Positions 25,076 to 38,479 of a DNA stretch of 64,000 nt are shown one piece after another. The number at the start of each line of letters is the position of its first letter. Position 1 is the stretch's first letter. A program made the translations under genes and the position numbers. Location: contig JAAILG010000813.1 in NCBI GenBank assembly GCA_012026655.1, forward strand, positions 1 to 64,000, in the 5' to 3' direction. The notes below the pieces were generated by a model. The model saw only the letters and a list, made by a program, of their open reading frames with translations. It did no database searches and was not told the origin of the DNA. This stretch comes from Hydrolagus affinis. Taxonomy: Eukaryota.

Positions 25076-26844
25076 GTGGCCCATCAGTCAAGATTGGGCA
25101 TTGTATTGCATTGAAGATTCTGATAAAAAGCTATTATTTTCACTGCCTTCACATTTTAAATTCAATTTCTCTCGCCTTTGAAAGTCTTTCTGTACAACAC
25201 ATGACTCCATGGTTGAAAGTGCACGTAGGGAATCCATTTATCGAAGTCTCCATTAAGCAAAAGTGTAATTGTAGAGAAGCAAGTCTGGGCTGATCTTGCT
25301 CGCAGTCAAATTAGCCCTTTGAAAAAATAAACAACTGGGCTCTGATCAGCATTTTGGTTAACTATTTGGTTCAAAATTGCTTTTGAACAAGCATTGACAA
25401 TCCCAGTATTATCACTTCACCACCTATTGAGGCAAAACAGAGTTCTGCATTTCCATTCATAGGCAATACAAGGCCCAGGTTACCAAAAAAAACAATCTGC
25501 AAATAACCATGCCATCCACCCTCTTACATTTCATGGAAGCAAATTCTAGGGCTGAACATCAACAACCAATTTGATAATTTCCCCTTAATGTCTACCACTT
25601 TCACACAATCCGCAGGCAGGATGATAACTGAAGGTTATCAGTCCATTCATTATTGGCTACAATTCAAAGAAATGTGGCTGGTATTACTCTCAGCTTCTAG
25701 CTCAGTTTGACTGCCAAGCAATACACAGTTCCTATGGTCTGGCATTCTGGTAATTGTGCTGAATTTGATAGGTAGATAGATGCTAAACATCCGTATCACA
25801 GCTATATGATTCTGATTGTTGGAGCTCAGCATATTTAAATTGCAAACTCAAATGTGTTGAATTCTATGAGCGCACTGAGCTGTGACTCTAACAACAGTAC
25901 CTGTCATTATCTGCACATCTCCTCCTATCTCCGAATGCTGCCATCTGCCAGTGTCCTCCCCTGGGATTTAGAATAGGCAGTGACTAGCTTGATGTGCAGC
26001 ACATCAACCTGTTCTCTCTAAGTGAATATTGTCAGGGAAGCCGTGTTAGCCCTTTTCAAAGCAGGCCTGAAAAATATCCTGTTAAAATAGAAGTACAGTA
26101 CTAGTACTAATTTCCAGACAATACACCACCTGACAATCACCTGCTGAGAAATCTCCAGTTGGTGAACTATGTGAAAAAATCTATTTGGTACCCTCCCTAC
26201 CACTTACTCTTAGATTCTTTGTGTGGGCTGCTCAGTTTGCATCACTCCTTGGTTCTAGAAACATTAAACAGGAGACGTTTCTCCACCCCAGGAGACTTTT
26301 CCTTCTCTCCATTTTTTGGCAAAGCTGACAAGACCTACCTGCTCTTGATGGCATATATAACCTGCCAGGTATCCCAGTGCTAAATCTCACCTTCTATAGC
26401 GTAAAATTCCTAAGACCGCTCAGTCTAAAAAGCTGTAAAGTTATTGAAAAAAATGTTCCCACCTTATTAACACAGGATGCTGTTTTGTGTTGCAGTGGCC
26501 TCATTGTACATTTTTTTGCACGAGACAGATTGCATCTTTATTTCATTTCCTAAATAACTTCACCCATCCCCATTGAGTTGAATGATCCAGCAATGTAAAT
26601 GCCGGATCCTGGGTAATACGGTTCGATGCCCATCAAAACTAAAGATGTTGCAGCAGAAAGGCACTTCACCATTGTATAATTCACAAAGAGCAAATGAGTA
26701 TTGTGAATATTTGCAGCAGATTTGCCAAAGCAAAAAAGAACCAATAGATAGATAAGTATTGAGCTAGCTGATTTCAGTCACAAAGACACAGGGGCCCTGG
26801 AATTAACCAAGTGGGCTCAGACAGTGACTGGAATGTAGTATTCT

Positions 26845-27150
26845 ATAATAATAGTAATTTTTGCATTTGATATAGCACTTTTCACGTCTTCTAGATATCT
26901 CGAAGTGCTTCACAGCATATACTGTAAAGTGAATTAACTGTATATATGGGCGAAAACGCGGCAGCCAATTGCACACAGCAGTATCCCACAAACACTCGTG
27001 CACTGAAGTAACCCAATTTTTTTTTGAGGGATTATGGAGTAAGATGTGTGTGGAGTAACGAAACTTGCCTAAGGTTTCGCCCTGCCAGGAATTGAATCCA
27101 GGTCTCTCACTTGCAAGGTGAGTGTTCTAACCACTGAGCTACAGAACTCC
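26845..27150 (-). mobile_element. tRNA-derived Deu-domain SINE (shorter-body variant)
   Basis: Tail ttgcatttgatatagcac, core gcggcagccaattgcacacagc, head tctaaccactgagctacagaactcc. Confidence 0.92.
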
Positions 27151-30100
27151 ACTCAATGTAACATTCTTACAAGGACAAAAATGTATTGAACTGCAAAAAA
27201 TTGTAGGAAGCATTATTTTCTGGGAATTATTGGAGATCCCATTAAATCACGATTCTTGCTGCAATCTCATTTGATTTGAAGGTGAACAAGATTTAAGGCT
27301 GAATGAAGATAGAGAATAGACTTCAAGTGAAGATAAAGAATTAGCCTTTCGACTCCAGTGATAATTTAAACGGCAAATCTAGAGAGAGGGAAGTGAGAAC
27401 AATTCTGCAGAGAAAAACGGGAGGCATTTATATCAATATTATACATTTGTAATTCTTGACCAGCAGGAATCTGAAAATAGTAATCTAAATGCCACTTCAA
27501 TGTGAAAAATATAATGCATATTATTCCTCCAGGAAATTCAACAAGTCAATTTAATAAAGAGTAAATTATGTTAGTGGTTATTCCTGCTCATAGCTTCTCA
27601 GAATTAACTGTCCAATTAATCTTCAGTTATCTGCAGCTTTATGCCTACGAGCATTCCGTAGGAATCAGAAACTAACTTCACGGAGACCTTCAAACAGTTA
27701 GATGTAAATCTATATGGCAGTGGATTCTCTCAAGCCAACTTGTCCCTCAGTTTCTCCAGCAGATAAATAATCTTCAATTCTCTATGGTGATGGATGTGAA
27801 GTCAAGTATCAAGACAGTAACCCTAAACCCAAGGTTTTAAATTCATGTGAAACCATACATTTCAGACCGCAACTTGCTCTTTATGGGGATATAGATGGTG
27901 CAGGCTCGAACATTGGCAGCTAATATAGCTGGTAAACAAACATATGGATTGTTACTTTTAAAGTTGTCTCTGCACAAGACTGGCACTAGAAATAAAATGT
28001 GTCCAGATTTGACTGAAATTATATGCCATCTTCTTCTTGGTAATATATGTGTGTTTAGCTTTAGGAGCGAATGCAAATTTCATCAAAGTCCATTCGAAAG
28101 GATACGGCCTCAGTTTAATGAGCACTGCTAGCCAAAACAAATGCAATATTTTGATTGCTCACCACCTAATGAAAAGGCAGACAAAAAAATGGAAGCTCAA
28201 AACCATTAATTAATGGAAATTTTCTCTCTTTCTCCCTCTCTGATTAAATAATAATAAAATTGGACAGTGACAATCAGAGTGCTGAGGCAGGGGAAACACT
28301 TATCAAGGACGAAGAGCAAAAACCTCACCTCCCTTTGGTAATTGTTTAGGACCCAACAAAATTAATTTAGACTTGGTGTATTCCAATTCATAATGGTCAC
28401 AAGCAGAGGAAGCAAAATTGCAGATAAAGACACTAATTGCACACCATGTTCAGAAAGTCCATAAGCACGCAGCATTTATCAAGAATAAGTCATAATAGAG
28501 TTCCCGATTCCGTTGGCAAACTCCTTTGTGCAGGGAGGGAATATTAGTTATTAGTTACAATTCCCACATCAAACTATTAGACTAATTTAGCATGTCTGAT
28601 GAAATGTAATTTGAATTTACTTTCTGCTGCAATATCCTTCAAACTGTTTCAGATGTATGCATCTTGTTTTTTTTTAATGATGGAATTCATGTAAGGAGTA
28701 TGGGGTGGGGGAGGAGAGGAGGGGGAGAAGCACATATAAATGAAAATATTTTGCAGTTTGTGTGTTTGCGCATCATTTTTCTACTTTATTGAGCTCCTAG
28801 TTTGAATTACTTTATCTAAAATAATCAAGCCCATTTTCAACCTCACTGAAAGCACTTCAAGGATGTACAAGGCAGAAACATTGCACTATGTCGGTATGAG
28901 GTTCACTACTAAATTGTCGTGTGGAGGTGGGTAGGGTTTGAACTGATAAGAGATAAGCGTCACTCAGATCCAGAAGGCTGTCCCTGAGTGGTGATGGCAG
29001 TGTGATAAAGAGAGAAATACCATGCCATGCAATCCTCTTAGTAAAGCTCCTGTTAAATACAGAAACTCACTGGAATAGAATGCCAGTAGGTGATTGAGTG
29101 CACTAATGCAGAACAGGGAATCTCACCTTCAATTGGGAACAATCTAAAAATACCTACATTTGATGCCATCTCTTCTCTCATCAAAGGGAATACCGTACTT
29201 TATCGTTCTCATACTGTTACCTACCAAAGCCAAGCAGATAATTGCTGGAAATCTCTCAACCAAGTGCTAGAAGACCATGATCATCTGTGAATCCACTGCA
29301 AAGATTTTCCAATGCAACCTGTCAAACAGTTCTGCTGTCAAACAAACAGCACTAGTGTGCCACAGCCGTATAATTTCCTCAATGTGGTAAAGCTTACATG
29401 GTAACTCGGTAGAATAACTACACTCAGGAATTTCTGCACTCGACTACTCAGTTTGAAAGTTGCTTCAGGCAAATATCTTTGCTGGGAATGCCTTGTTTTA
29501 GGGAAGATTTAGGATTTAGAATGAGGTTGAGTGAAGGGGGAGGAAAGCCTCTTCTCTCTGCACTAACCATTGAGAGGGATACTCAATCTGAGAGAAGAGT
29601 TTACAATCACAGCATTTGTTAGGAATGCCTTCAGATCTATACCCTGCCAAGCTCCTATGTTTTAATCATTGAGTCTTAAAAAGGATGAACGATCAATACA
29701 CTCTGGAGACGAATGAGCAGTTGATATTTTAAGTATGCACTTGAATACAAAAAAGACCAGTGCACCAACTCCAAAGTGCTCCATAATAATTATTATGTAA
29801 CTGTATTCAAGGAAAGACAACCTTTCCATGTTATCTAGCAATTTTCTCCTGTTTTTCCATTGATTTCTATCTTGTTCTCGACTACATAGAATCCAGAATT
29901 AATTATGGATGCTTGCCTATACCCAAAAGGAACAAAGTACAAAGTACAAGACAAAATGCAGCTGCAATCCTGTCCATATGAATTAGACACTAAATAATCT
30001 GATGTTCACAATATAAAAAAACTATTTGCAATCATATGAGAGAAGGCAGGACAATCTCAACACCAAACATGCAATTCAAAATTTATTTAAACTATTACAA

Positions 30101-32129
30101 CCAGGTATAAGTCACTATCCTTCCCCGATCATATGATTGAATTTGGACCACATCTCAAAGAGCTTCACAGGATCACCACAGGCCAACTCTTGCTGATTAG
30201 GTATTGCAGAATGGACTCCACTGGGAAAGCAAAAAAATCAAAGTGCCATAATGATCTGTGATAAATGTACATCGATTAAATTTTCAAAAGCGACTGAATT
30301 TGGTTTGAAGTGATTTCAAATAGCAAATTAACTGTTGTGTGCAGGAGGTTCTATACTTCCAGTTATGATGAAAGTGTAGATTATCATTGCTCCCTTGTAT
30401 AAATGAGGCATCGGCCTCAAGAAGGTGCTCTCAGAAAAAAAGACAAGTACCTGAATCTAGTAATAGTGCAAACCAAGACATCTACAGATTACAGCTACAG
30501 TCCACAGATGTAATACCCAATTCTAGCATTATATTCCCTAAATTAGATTTTGTTTTGGGGTGTGGGGTTTGCAGGGGAAGGAATATGTAGTCCAGCATCA
30601 AACAGCAACTTACAAGATGGAAGCAAATGCCATTATTGAAAGATAATCATTGTCCAAGTAAGCAACAGATATAGAGAACAAATAAAAGATTTGGTTTTCG
30701 CTGTGATTTGACTGTTTTTTAAAACAGCGGGAACGTACATTTGAAATGGTTACAGTGCTGATGACCATCCCTTAATAGTAAAAAAAAACCATAAAGTACA
30801 CTTGTACAGAGTACATCCTGCAATAGTAAAAAAAACATCGAGCCCATCAGCAATCAAAACTGTAAGGAGTTGTGGTGCCAGAAAATTAAAATGGAAGACA
30901 CAAGTAAATCTCAAAGTGACAGTGCCAACACAGGTCTTGCTCTGGACTTGCCATCCCCTCCTCCTGACTCAGGAATACTCTGCTGATAGACGTTACATTT
31001 TTGCTTTTAATTCATTATTTACTGACTTGCGTTCGTTTCGCAGTAGGTTTTTTTTAATTTTTTTTAAAAAAAACACAAAGAAACCTCTAACCTTACAAGA
31101 ATGTTACAAGGACGATGCCAATGAATAATAGAACACAAGCAATCAGATCCTATTTACACCACTTAAAACATAGTAGCAACCTTTGAATGGGAAAAACTAC
31201 ATTTCAAAGCAGAGGTCAGGTATATTTGAAACTTGTTCATATTGCTAAATATGCCTTTAAATTCATTACAATCACATGGCAGTGGTAGTGCAATGAAATT
31301 ATATTAAGTATGATTTAAAAGATTATTTCTTCCACACTCACCACTTTACTTCAAGATAAAAGCTAAGCTCTCGTAAGATTATATCACCTGGTATCACAAT
31401 CACATCGCACTGAATGCATAGTAATAATTTCTAAAAGGCCATCATTATAGATATATAGTAAATGGACCCTGTCTGACAGCTGTGTTTCTGTGTTTTCTAA
31501 TAACATAGTAGGCTGTTCATGACCAGCACAATGAGAATTACTCAGACCTTTGTTCCTACGTCTGCCAAGTACACACTGAAACATTGGATCAATTTACTCG
31601 ACAGCAGTGCCCGCAAGGTGATCCCAGGCAGTCATCACTGTCGAGCCTTTGCTCACTTCAGCAATAAAATGCAAAGCAAACCCAGGCCAGCCAGCCCTTC
31701 ATCCTGAGGACCATCCACCTTTTCGGCACAGACATTCAAACACAGGGAAATTTCCACACAGCGGTGACATGTATAATGTGGAACTCTGTCTGGTTTGCAT
31801 ACTCTTTAAGCATGGTGATGGGTTCCACAATGCATCAGATAAACCTTTCTCATGATGTCACCCAGTGAAACAAATCAAAGGGAACAAAAATGATTACGTT
31901 CTTTGTATAGTCCATAGTAGTCAGAATATAAAAGCATACAGAAACAGGGAATGCCTTTATCCCATCTCAACAATCCTTTCCATGGACTTGCCCATACAAT
32001 TGGCTCAAACAAGATATCATCTCCCAAGGAAATGTTTTGCAAAATGTCTTTTCGTTCCTTAAGTGTAGACATTCGGGTGGTCGGTTTGATTTACATCAAT
32101 TTAAATGTCTCTTACTGCAGTAGGCCTAG

Positions 32130-32686
32130 ACCCTCTTCCACACATTCATCACATCCAGGCTCTGCAAACTCTCTGCTTTGCGACCTCCCCAACTACTCTC
32201 TCCACAGGCTGCAGATCATCCATGTCCTGTCCCGCACTGGGCTCCATGCCCTATCACCCCCATCCTCTCCCGGCTCCACTGGCTCCCCATCACTCAAGAG
32301 GATACAGTTCAAGATTCTTGTCTTCACCTCCAATGGTCTCCAAAGCCTTGCTTCTCCCTACCTCTGTGACCTCCTAACCCCCTAACAATCTGTCCACTCC
32401 CTCTGCTCAGTTGGCTCTGGCCTGTTTCACATTCAACGCTTTGTCGGCCTCACCATTGGAGGGCGGGCCTTCAGCCTCTCGCCCCCGCCTTCTGGAACTC
32501 TATCCCACCTTCTGGAGCCTCATCCCCTGGTTTGCCTTCAACCACACCTTTGGTCCCCTTCCTACCCCTATCCTCCCTGCCCTTCTGATCCCAACTGTCA
32601 GTTCGGGTATGGACGCCTAACTGTCCAACGCCTTCGGACATCTTCCTGATGTAAAAGGTGTAATACAAATTGAATTTGTTGTTGTT
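32130..32686 (+). mobile_element. L2 LINE 3' ~550 bp (decayed ORF2 end and tail)
   Basis: Translates ITPILSRLHWLP / RIQFKILVF / ASPYLCDLLTP, the typical L2 ORF2 C-terminus; ends in (TTG)n. Confidence 0.92.
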
Positions 32687-33554
32687 AAATTGAAGTGGTA
32701 AATTATGGCTCAAAATTTAATTTGGGAATGAATTGTTTATTGCTATGAATTGTGACATCAATTAATGATTTCTGACTTGTAAACTTTTATCACTGTACTT
32801 TTAATATGAATCCCATAAAGAGTCTTGAGTCGTTTCAATGACTTGATAAGGCATATCCCAAATGCAAGGATTACTATTACAGTATTTAGAAACATCTCAC
32901 ACTTGGTTCGAGCATACTGTGTGTTTGAGTTAAAAAAAACATGGGAGAGTAGGAAGGTTTACTGATTGTAGTCTGTAGACTTGGAACATTTAACAAGTAT
33001 TATTTCTCCCCTTTTGTCGCTACATACAATTGATCCACGAAGATGACAGACTAACAGGAAACACTCTTGTTTGCAGCTTACTGTCACGCTGCTCTAACAA
33101 GGAGCCAGAAAGGCAGTCTGATTAAAATGTACGCCTTCCTTCCAAGTGCCTTGTCTCTACAATCAATGTCACAAACTCACTGCTGGTAATGGGATGTGAG
33201 GGCCCTTCTGCAATAACATTGTGATCTGTTCCCTTTCAATGCCACTGAAAAAGATTTAGTCAAACACAAACTTCACTGTCTTTTCAAAACAACAATTCAC
33301 TCATATAGCACATATCATGTTTGGAGTGTCTTGAAATACTTTGCAAAGCTAAGCAGAAGCCCAAACTGGGAGGGAGGGAATCACCAAATGTGCACCTAAT
33401 ATGATAGATGGTCAGGCCGGATTAAAGCTTCAGAGAGAAGAGCAAATGCAGAGATTTCAGGAATAAATTCCAGGAGTGGCAAAAGTGGCTAAAAAGTAGT
33501 TTTGCACACCCATCGATGATGGGACATGATGAAGGTCTGAGCTGGAGCGGAAAG

Positions 33555-33732
33555 AATGGCCAGCCCCTCGAGCCTGCCCTGCCATTCAATAAAATCATGG
33601 CTGATCTTCTAATCTAACTCTAGAGCCTTATCCTCATATCCCTTAATCCCACTGTCCATAAGAAATCTGTCAATTTCAGTCTTGAATATGTTCAAGGACT
33701 GAGCATCCACAGCCTTTTGGGGTAGAGAATTC
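33555..33732 (-). mobile_element. CR1 3' end nested in an older L2-like remnant (~33290-33770)
   Basis: cagcccctcgagcctgccctgccattcaataaaatcatggctgatc...cagccttttggggtagagaattc; close to the copy at 41618-41858. Confidence 0.85.
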
Positions 33733-34066
33733 AGGATAGGATAGGCAATCGTGTGGAGGCATTTGAAGACGGTTATTACTTAAATATTGTAATAATAAAT
33801 AAATAACTCTTGCATTTGATACAGGGCCCTTGCCGTTCATATTGAAATGTCACAAAATGCTTCATAGGAATTATAATCTAGTGACTGTATTTTTGTATTC
33901 AAATTGAAGTTATGATGAACCTGATTAGGCCTCAGATATTTGTCAAATGGACTGGAACTGAAACCAAAGCAAATATTTTGATTATATATTGCAACTGAAT
34001 ATCGTTGAATTGTAATTTTCTAAAGCAATAGCACACAACTAGCTAGGATTGTGCTTTCCACTGAGA

Positions 34067-34197
34067 TAATAATAATAATAATCATCCTTGAATTTGGTAT
34101 AGCGCCATTCACATGAGGATGACATCCCAAAGCACTTTACAGGATTTACTGTATTTGTAGGATAACACGATAGCCCAATTGCACACAGCAATGTAAG
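34067..34197 (-). mobile_element. Deu-SINE 3' portion
   Basis: (AAT)n tail through cccaattgcacacagcaatgtaag. Confidence 0.75.
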
Positions 34198-34634
34198 GTA
34201 TATCTATCTTCCTTAAACTAAGCTGTGTAGTTCCAGTATGAATGTTGCTAGGATACAGTCAAATACCTTGCTTGTTATTAATACAGAGGTTAACCACCCC
34301 TCCCAGAAAGCCCTGCAAGTAAACTCTAAATATATGATACACCGCGAGTTACAGCATCATTCTCCAGATGCTGGCTTCAGCAGAGATCAGCAAAACAATA
34401 GGCATTATATCTAAATGCACTTCAAAGATTAATCTGCTGTATATTGACAATCATCAAGCTTGTTTTTTTAAGTGTTTAAAAAAAAGCTGAATTTAGCAAC
34501 TATTTTGCAAAATATTTGACTATGAAGAAAGTGCCCACCCTTCATTGTCTCATTTTACTGGTCCACGCCTAACCGCTGCCCAAACCTATCAAACACAACA
34601 GGGTAAAACGTTGGGAAAATGTCCTCACTCCACA

Positions 34635-34920
34635 CGACCTGTGTTCAAATCGAGGCAGATCAGGGCAAAACCTTGGGCAAGTTTCCTCACTCAACACGCC
34701 TAATAATAATCCGTCCAAAAAAAACCACAATATTAAAAATTGGTCATTTCAATCCACGACTGTTTGTGGGACACTGCTGTGCGCAATTGGCTGCAGCGTT
34801 TCGCCCACAAATATATAGTCAATTCACTTTACAGTATATCCTGTGAAGCGCTTTGAGACATCAATAAGATGTGAAAAGCGCTATATCAAATGCAAGGATT
34901 ATTATTAGTATATTATTATT
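34635..34920 (+). mobile_element. Deu-SINE, 5'-truncated, tail-to-tail with an inverted SINE tail (34927-35005)
   Basis: gggcaaaaccttgggcaagtttcctcactc...gcgcaattggctgcagcgtttcgccc...gcaaggattattatt. Confidence 0.9.
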
Positions 34921-35433
34921 ATAATTATAATAATCCTTGCATTTGATAAAGCACCTTCAAATAATTAAGACATTTCACTGAATTGACCGTGTATTTTGTG
35001 GGCAAATATATTCCAAAACACTATTCGAAAAGAGAAGGCAAGTGCCCCTGGAATCAAATTGAGAATAAAGTACGGGAATCGATGAGGGTTCAGACCAATT
35101 GCAATTCAACATCTCTCAGCTTGGTGTTTACATGTGTAGTCGTCATGTGAGATCAGGATTGGGCTCCGTTATGATATCTTCAGCAGTTGACTTATGTGCT
35201 GAGACACATATCAAAGAAGGTAAAACGTAGTTGGGTGCTTTCAAATTAATTTAGTAAACAGGAAGCCATGTTCCCATCTTGAGCATTTTAAGGATAAAAA
35301 CATTGCTTTTTGGATGTGGTTTTTTCACCTTATCAAAACATCCACTGCTGTTACCTTTTTAGCTGAGCAACACTAAATAACCTTGATCAGTTCGTGAGTG
35401 GAATATCAAACAGGCTTGGGATTGTCACCTCCA

Positions 35434-35512
35434 ACATTCCTGCATGGTCTGGCTGTTACCAGCCAGCCTGAACTTCTCACTTCGAGGTAATAGCCAGATC
35501 ATGCAAGAATGT
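35434..35512. repeat. 27-bp inverted repeat with 25-nt loop (probable old MITE core)
   Basis: ACATTCCTGCATGGTCTGGCTGTTACC / GGTAATAGCCAGATCATGCAAGAATGT, 24 of 27 Watson-Crick pairs. Confidence 0.8.
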
Positions 35513-35875
35513 CAGGGATGAAACTCTAGCTGTACCCATTGCAATCTTCCTTATAAGTTCAAGCAATATGAACCAATGATATATACATGAAAACCATCCA
35601 ACTTAGCAGGCATTAAATACAACATAAACACACCCAGCACTACTGTAATTTCGACAGCATCAAATTGTGTGTACAGCTATTCAAACCCATAGCCAAAATG
35701 TTCTCATGTTACAATGTTAAAAGATACAACAACTGCCCAGTTAAAGTTTATTACTAGTTTACATAAATAATTTGTATTTACTCTGTATTTTGATCCACAT
35801 TAAAGTCAAACAGCAAACTTAGCAAGAGAGGAAGGCAAATGAGCAAGAAACTTCTAATTTAACCCTGTAGGAGTG

Positions 35876-36138
35876 ATAATAATAATAATCTTTCAATTTG
35901 ATATAGCTCCTTATCACGTCTTCTAGACGTCTCAAAGCACTTCATAGAATATACTGTAAACTGAATTGACTGTATATTTTAGGGGCAAAACACGGCAGCC
36001 AATTGCACACAGCAGTGTCCCACAAACAGTCGTGGATTGAAATGACCAATTTTTTGGGGGGGGATTATTGTTAGGCGTGTGGAGTAAGGAAACTTGCCCA
36101 ACTTCACCCTGTCTGGAATTGACCCCAGATCTCTCACT
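35876..36138 (-). mobile_element. Deu-SINE, 5'-truncated
   Basis: Same family tail, core and ggagtaaggaaacttgccc body. Confidence 0.9.
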
Positions 36139-36581
36139 TTGGAACTTTATTAAAGCAGGAAAGTAGTCAATCTGAATCAGTGGAGAAAATGTAAGGTACT
36201 GTATCTTGGAAGCATAAAAATCCTTCCTGCATCTTGTGTCCATTCTGTTGCTGACCGTTTCCGGGTCTACTAAAATGAACACAACAGGCTCTGCTTTACA
36301 CAGTCATGGTGGGTTTGACAACCCTCTTTATCCAAAAAAGCACATTAAACAAAACAAGATAGCATTTTGTTCTCAAATGCATTTGCGCAACAATAATCCT
36401 GCATCTATGGGGCTATTTGAATCACATTGTTATGTTGTCCATCTGACTCAATATTCAAATAATAGCATGTGGTCCTAAGGGTCACACGAGTTTGAACACA
36501 AGCGAATAAAAATCTCATACAATTAGAGCAACAGGTAAGAAAGGACAACAGGTAACATACTGACAATAGGGATGAAACGTC

Positions 36582-36730
36582 AGGCAAGTTTCCTTACTCC
36601 ACACATGTTTACCTATCAGTAAGTTGGAACCTGGTTGTTAATCGATTGGCAGATCGTTTTTCAGGGATAATAATCCCTTTCAAAGAATCAATCAATAATT
36701 AATTTGGTCACTCAATCCACGACTGTTCGT
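36582..36730 (+). mobile_element. Deu-SINE internal fragment
   Basis: ggcaagtttccttactccacac...ttggtcactcaatccacgactgttcgtg. Confidence 0.8.
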
Positions 36731-37338
36731 GCAAAGGACCATATACCATGTGGTGTTTGGAAAATTGTGGTGGGAATTAATTTTTGGTACAGAAAAGGTT
36801 AAATAAAGTCCTATAAACATCAAATGGTGATAGTGTGTGGTGGCGGGAGGGAGTGGGAGAGAGAAAGAATAGATGGAAAAGATTAAGAGAGAGTACAGTA
36901 ATGATAGGAAAGGTAAAACGCATCAAGGACAAAATCAAAGAAAAAAACTCCAGACTCAATCCAACACACAGTCACCTCTAACATTTTCAGGTTTCCGTCA
37001 ATACAATAGGAACACTGAGCCAAGGTTAGTGCTGATGAATACACTGTGATTGTTACGTGCCTGGTGTGTGAATTCATATGTGCCATTTTATTCCTTCTAC
37101 AAACTGCATTAAAGAATAGCTGCTGAATGTTGAGCTGAGGAAAGGCTCTTGCTCGGAATCCCTGCTCCCGAGAGAGGTTAGCTCCGCAAGCAGAAAATGC
37201 GTACAACTCCCAGCATCTTTCATTCCCCCAGATTTGCTGAGTCCAGCATTTAATATCCAATATATACCAAGATCTCTGCAGAACTACATAAATTATTGCT
37301 AGAATCAGGGGGGGGGAGGAGGAAACAGACAAACCCAT

Positions 37339-37600
37339 GACGTCTCAAAGTGGTTCACATGCTGTAAAATGAATTGACTACAGAAGACAAAACACAAAAT
37401 ACTACAGATGCTGGGAATCTGAAACAAAAACAAGGGTTGCTGGGGAAACTCAGCAGGTCAAGCAGCATCCATGGAGAAAGGAAAAAGAGTCAACATTTCG
37501 GGTCTACAACCCTTCGTCCCCCAAGTGATTATTATCAGGTGTTTGGAGTAAGGAAACCTACTCAAGGATTCACCCTGTCGGAAATTTAACCTGGGTCTCT
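37339..37600 (-). mobile_element. Deu-SINE interrupted by a Penelope-like terminal fragment (~37386-37518)
   Basis: SINE sequence on both sides of acaaaatactacagatgctgggaatctgaaac...cagcaggtcaagcagcatccatggagaaagg. Confidence 0.75.
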
Positions 37601-37649
37601 ACTGATTTCACATCCAGATTCTGTTTATCAGTGTAATTATTTTATATAC

Positions 37650-37900
37650 CTGAAGCCTGTTCCGCCATCCTATAAGATAATGGCTGATTTATACCTCAAC
37701 CTCAATTACCCAATCTTGCCTCATATCCCATGATACCTGACGTAACAAATATCTATCCACCACGGTATTGAAAATGTGAATGGATCTAGTATGCGCAGCC
37801 TTTTTGAGGGAGAGAACCAGATTTCCACTATCCTTTGGGTGAAAAACTGCTTCCTAATTTCACTTCTAAATGGCCTATGTCTAACTTTAAGATTATGCAG
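37650..37900 (-). mobile_element. CR1 3' end, older copy
   Basis: Minus ORF contains HNLKVRHRPFRSEIRKQFFTQRIVEIW. Confidence 0.85.
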
Positions 37901-38479
37901 ACTTATTATTTTCCTATCCAGCTGTTTCAAAATATCCCTTACCCTGGCACCTCTGGCTCAGTGACCTCATTCTGATGCTGTCATTTCTCTCGATTACATT
38001 ATATGATTTCTAAGCGTATTACAATAAATACACACAACGCCCTTGTAATTTAACAGACTGGATTATGGAAATTCACATCAGTCAGAGTACTTTTTACTAA
38101 GTATGAACTCTTCACCTAGATTGATATGGAATTACAGTATCAAAAATCAAACTGTGGGGAGAATGAAGGTTTTGAAATACCTCTCGTTTCAACCTTTCTG
38201 CTCAACATGTCGCACCTATTGTTGTGTTACACATCGGTTCCTCTTTCTGTAATTATAATCATGTATACTGTCATTTTTTCCAGTACATTCCCTGCAGACA
38301 GTGATTGTCAATAAGTAAATAAGTATGTTACCAACTGGCACAAAATTCTGCTGAGAATTGTAGAGTGCAAGCATTAACAGCCTCCCCTCACACATACATG
38401 TATTGTAAAGGTTGGATGTGAATCTCTTTGTGAATTAGACCCCCCGCATTGGCAACATAATGTTGGTCACAACAATTCA

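Noticed and set aside
31951-32713. Overlapping ORFs up to 144 aa
   Set aside because: They are frameshifted L2 ORF2 remnants.
36883-37338. 151-aa ORF (also 1740-2162, 5328-5744, 2946-3302, 35932-36282)
   Set aside because: No recognisable domain or splice pattern, several overlap repeats, and such lengths are expected by chance.
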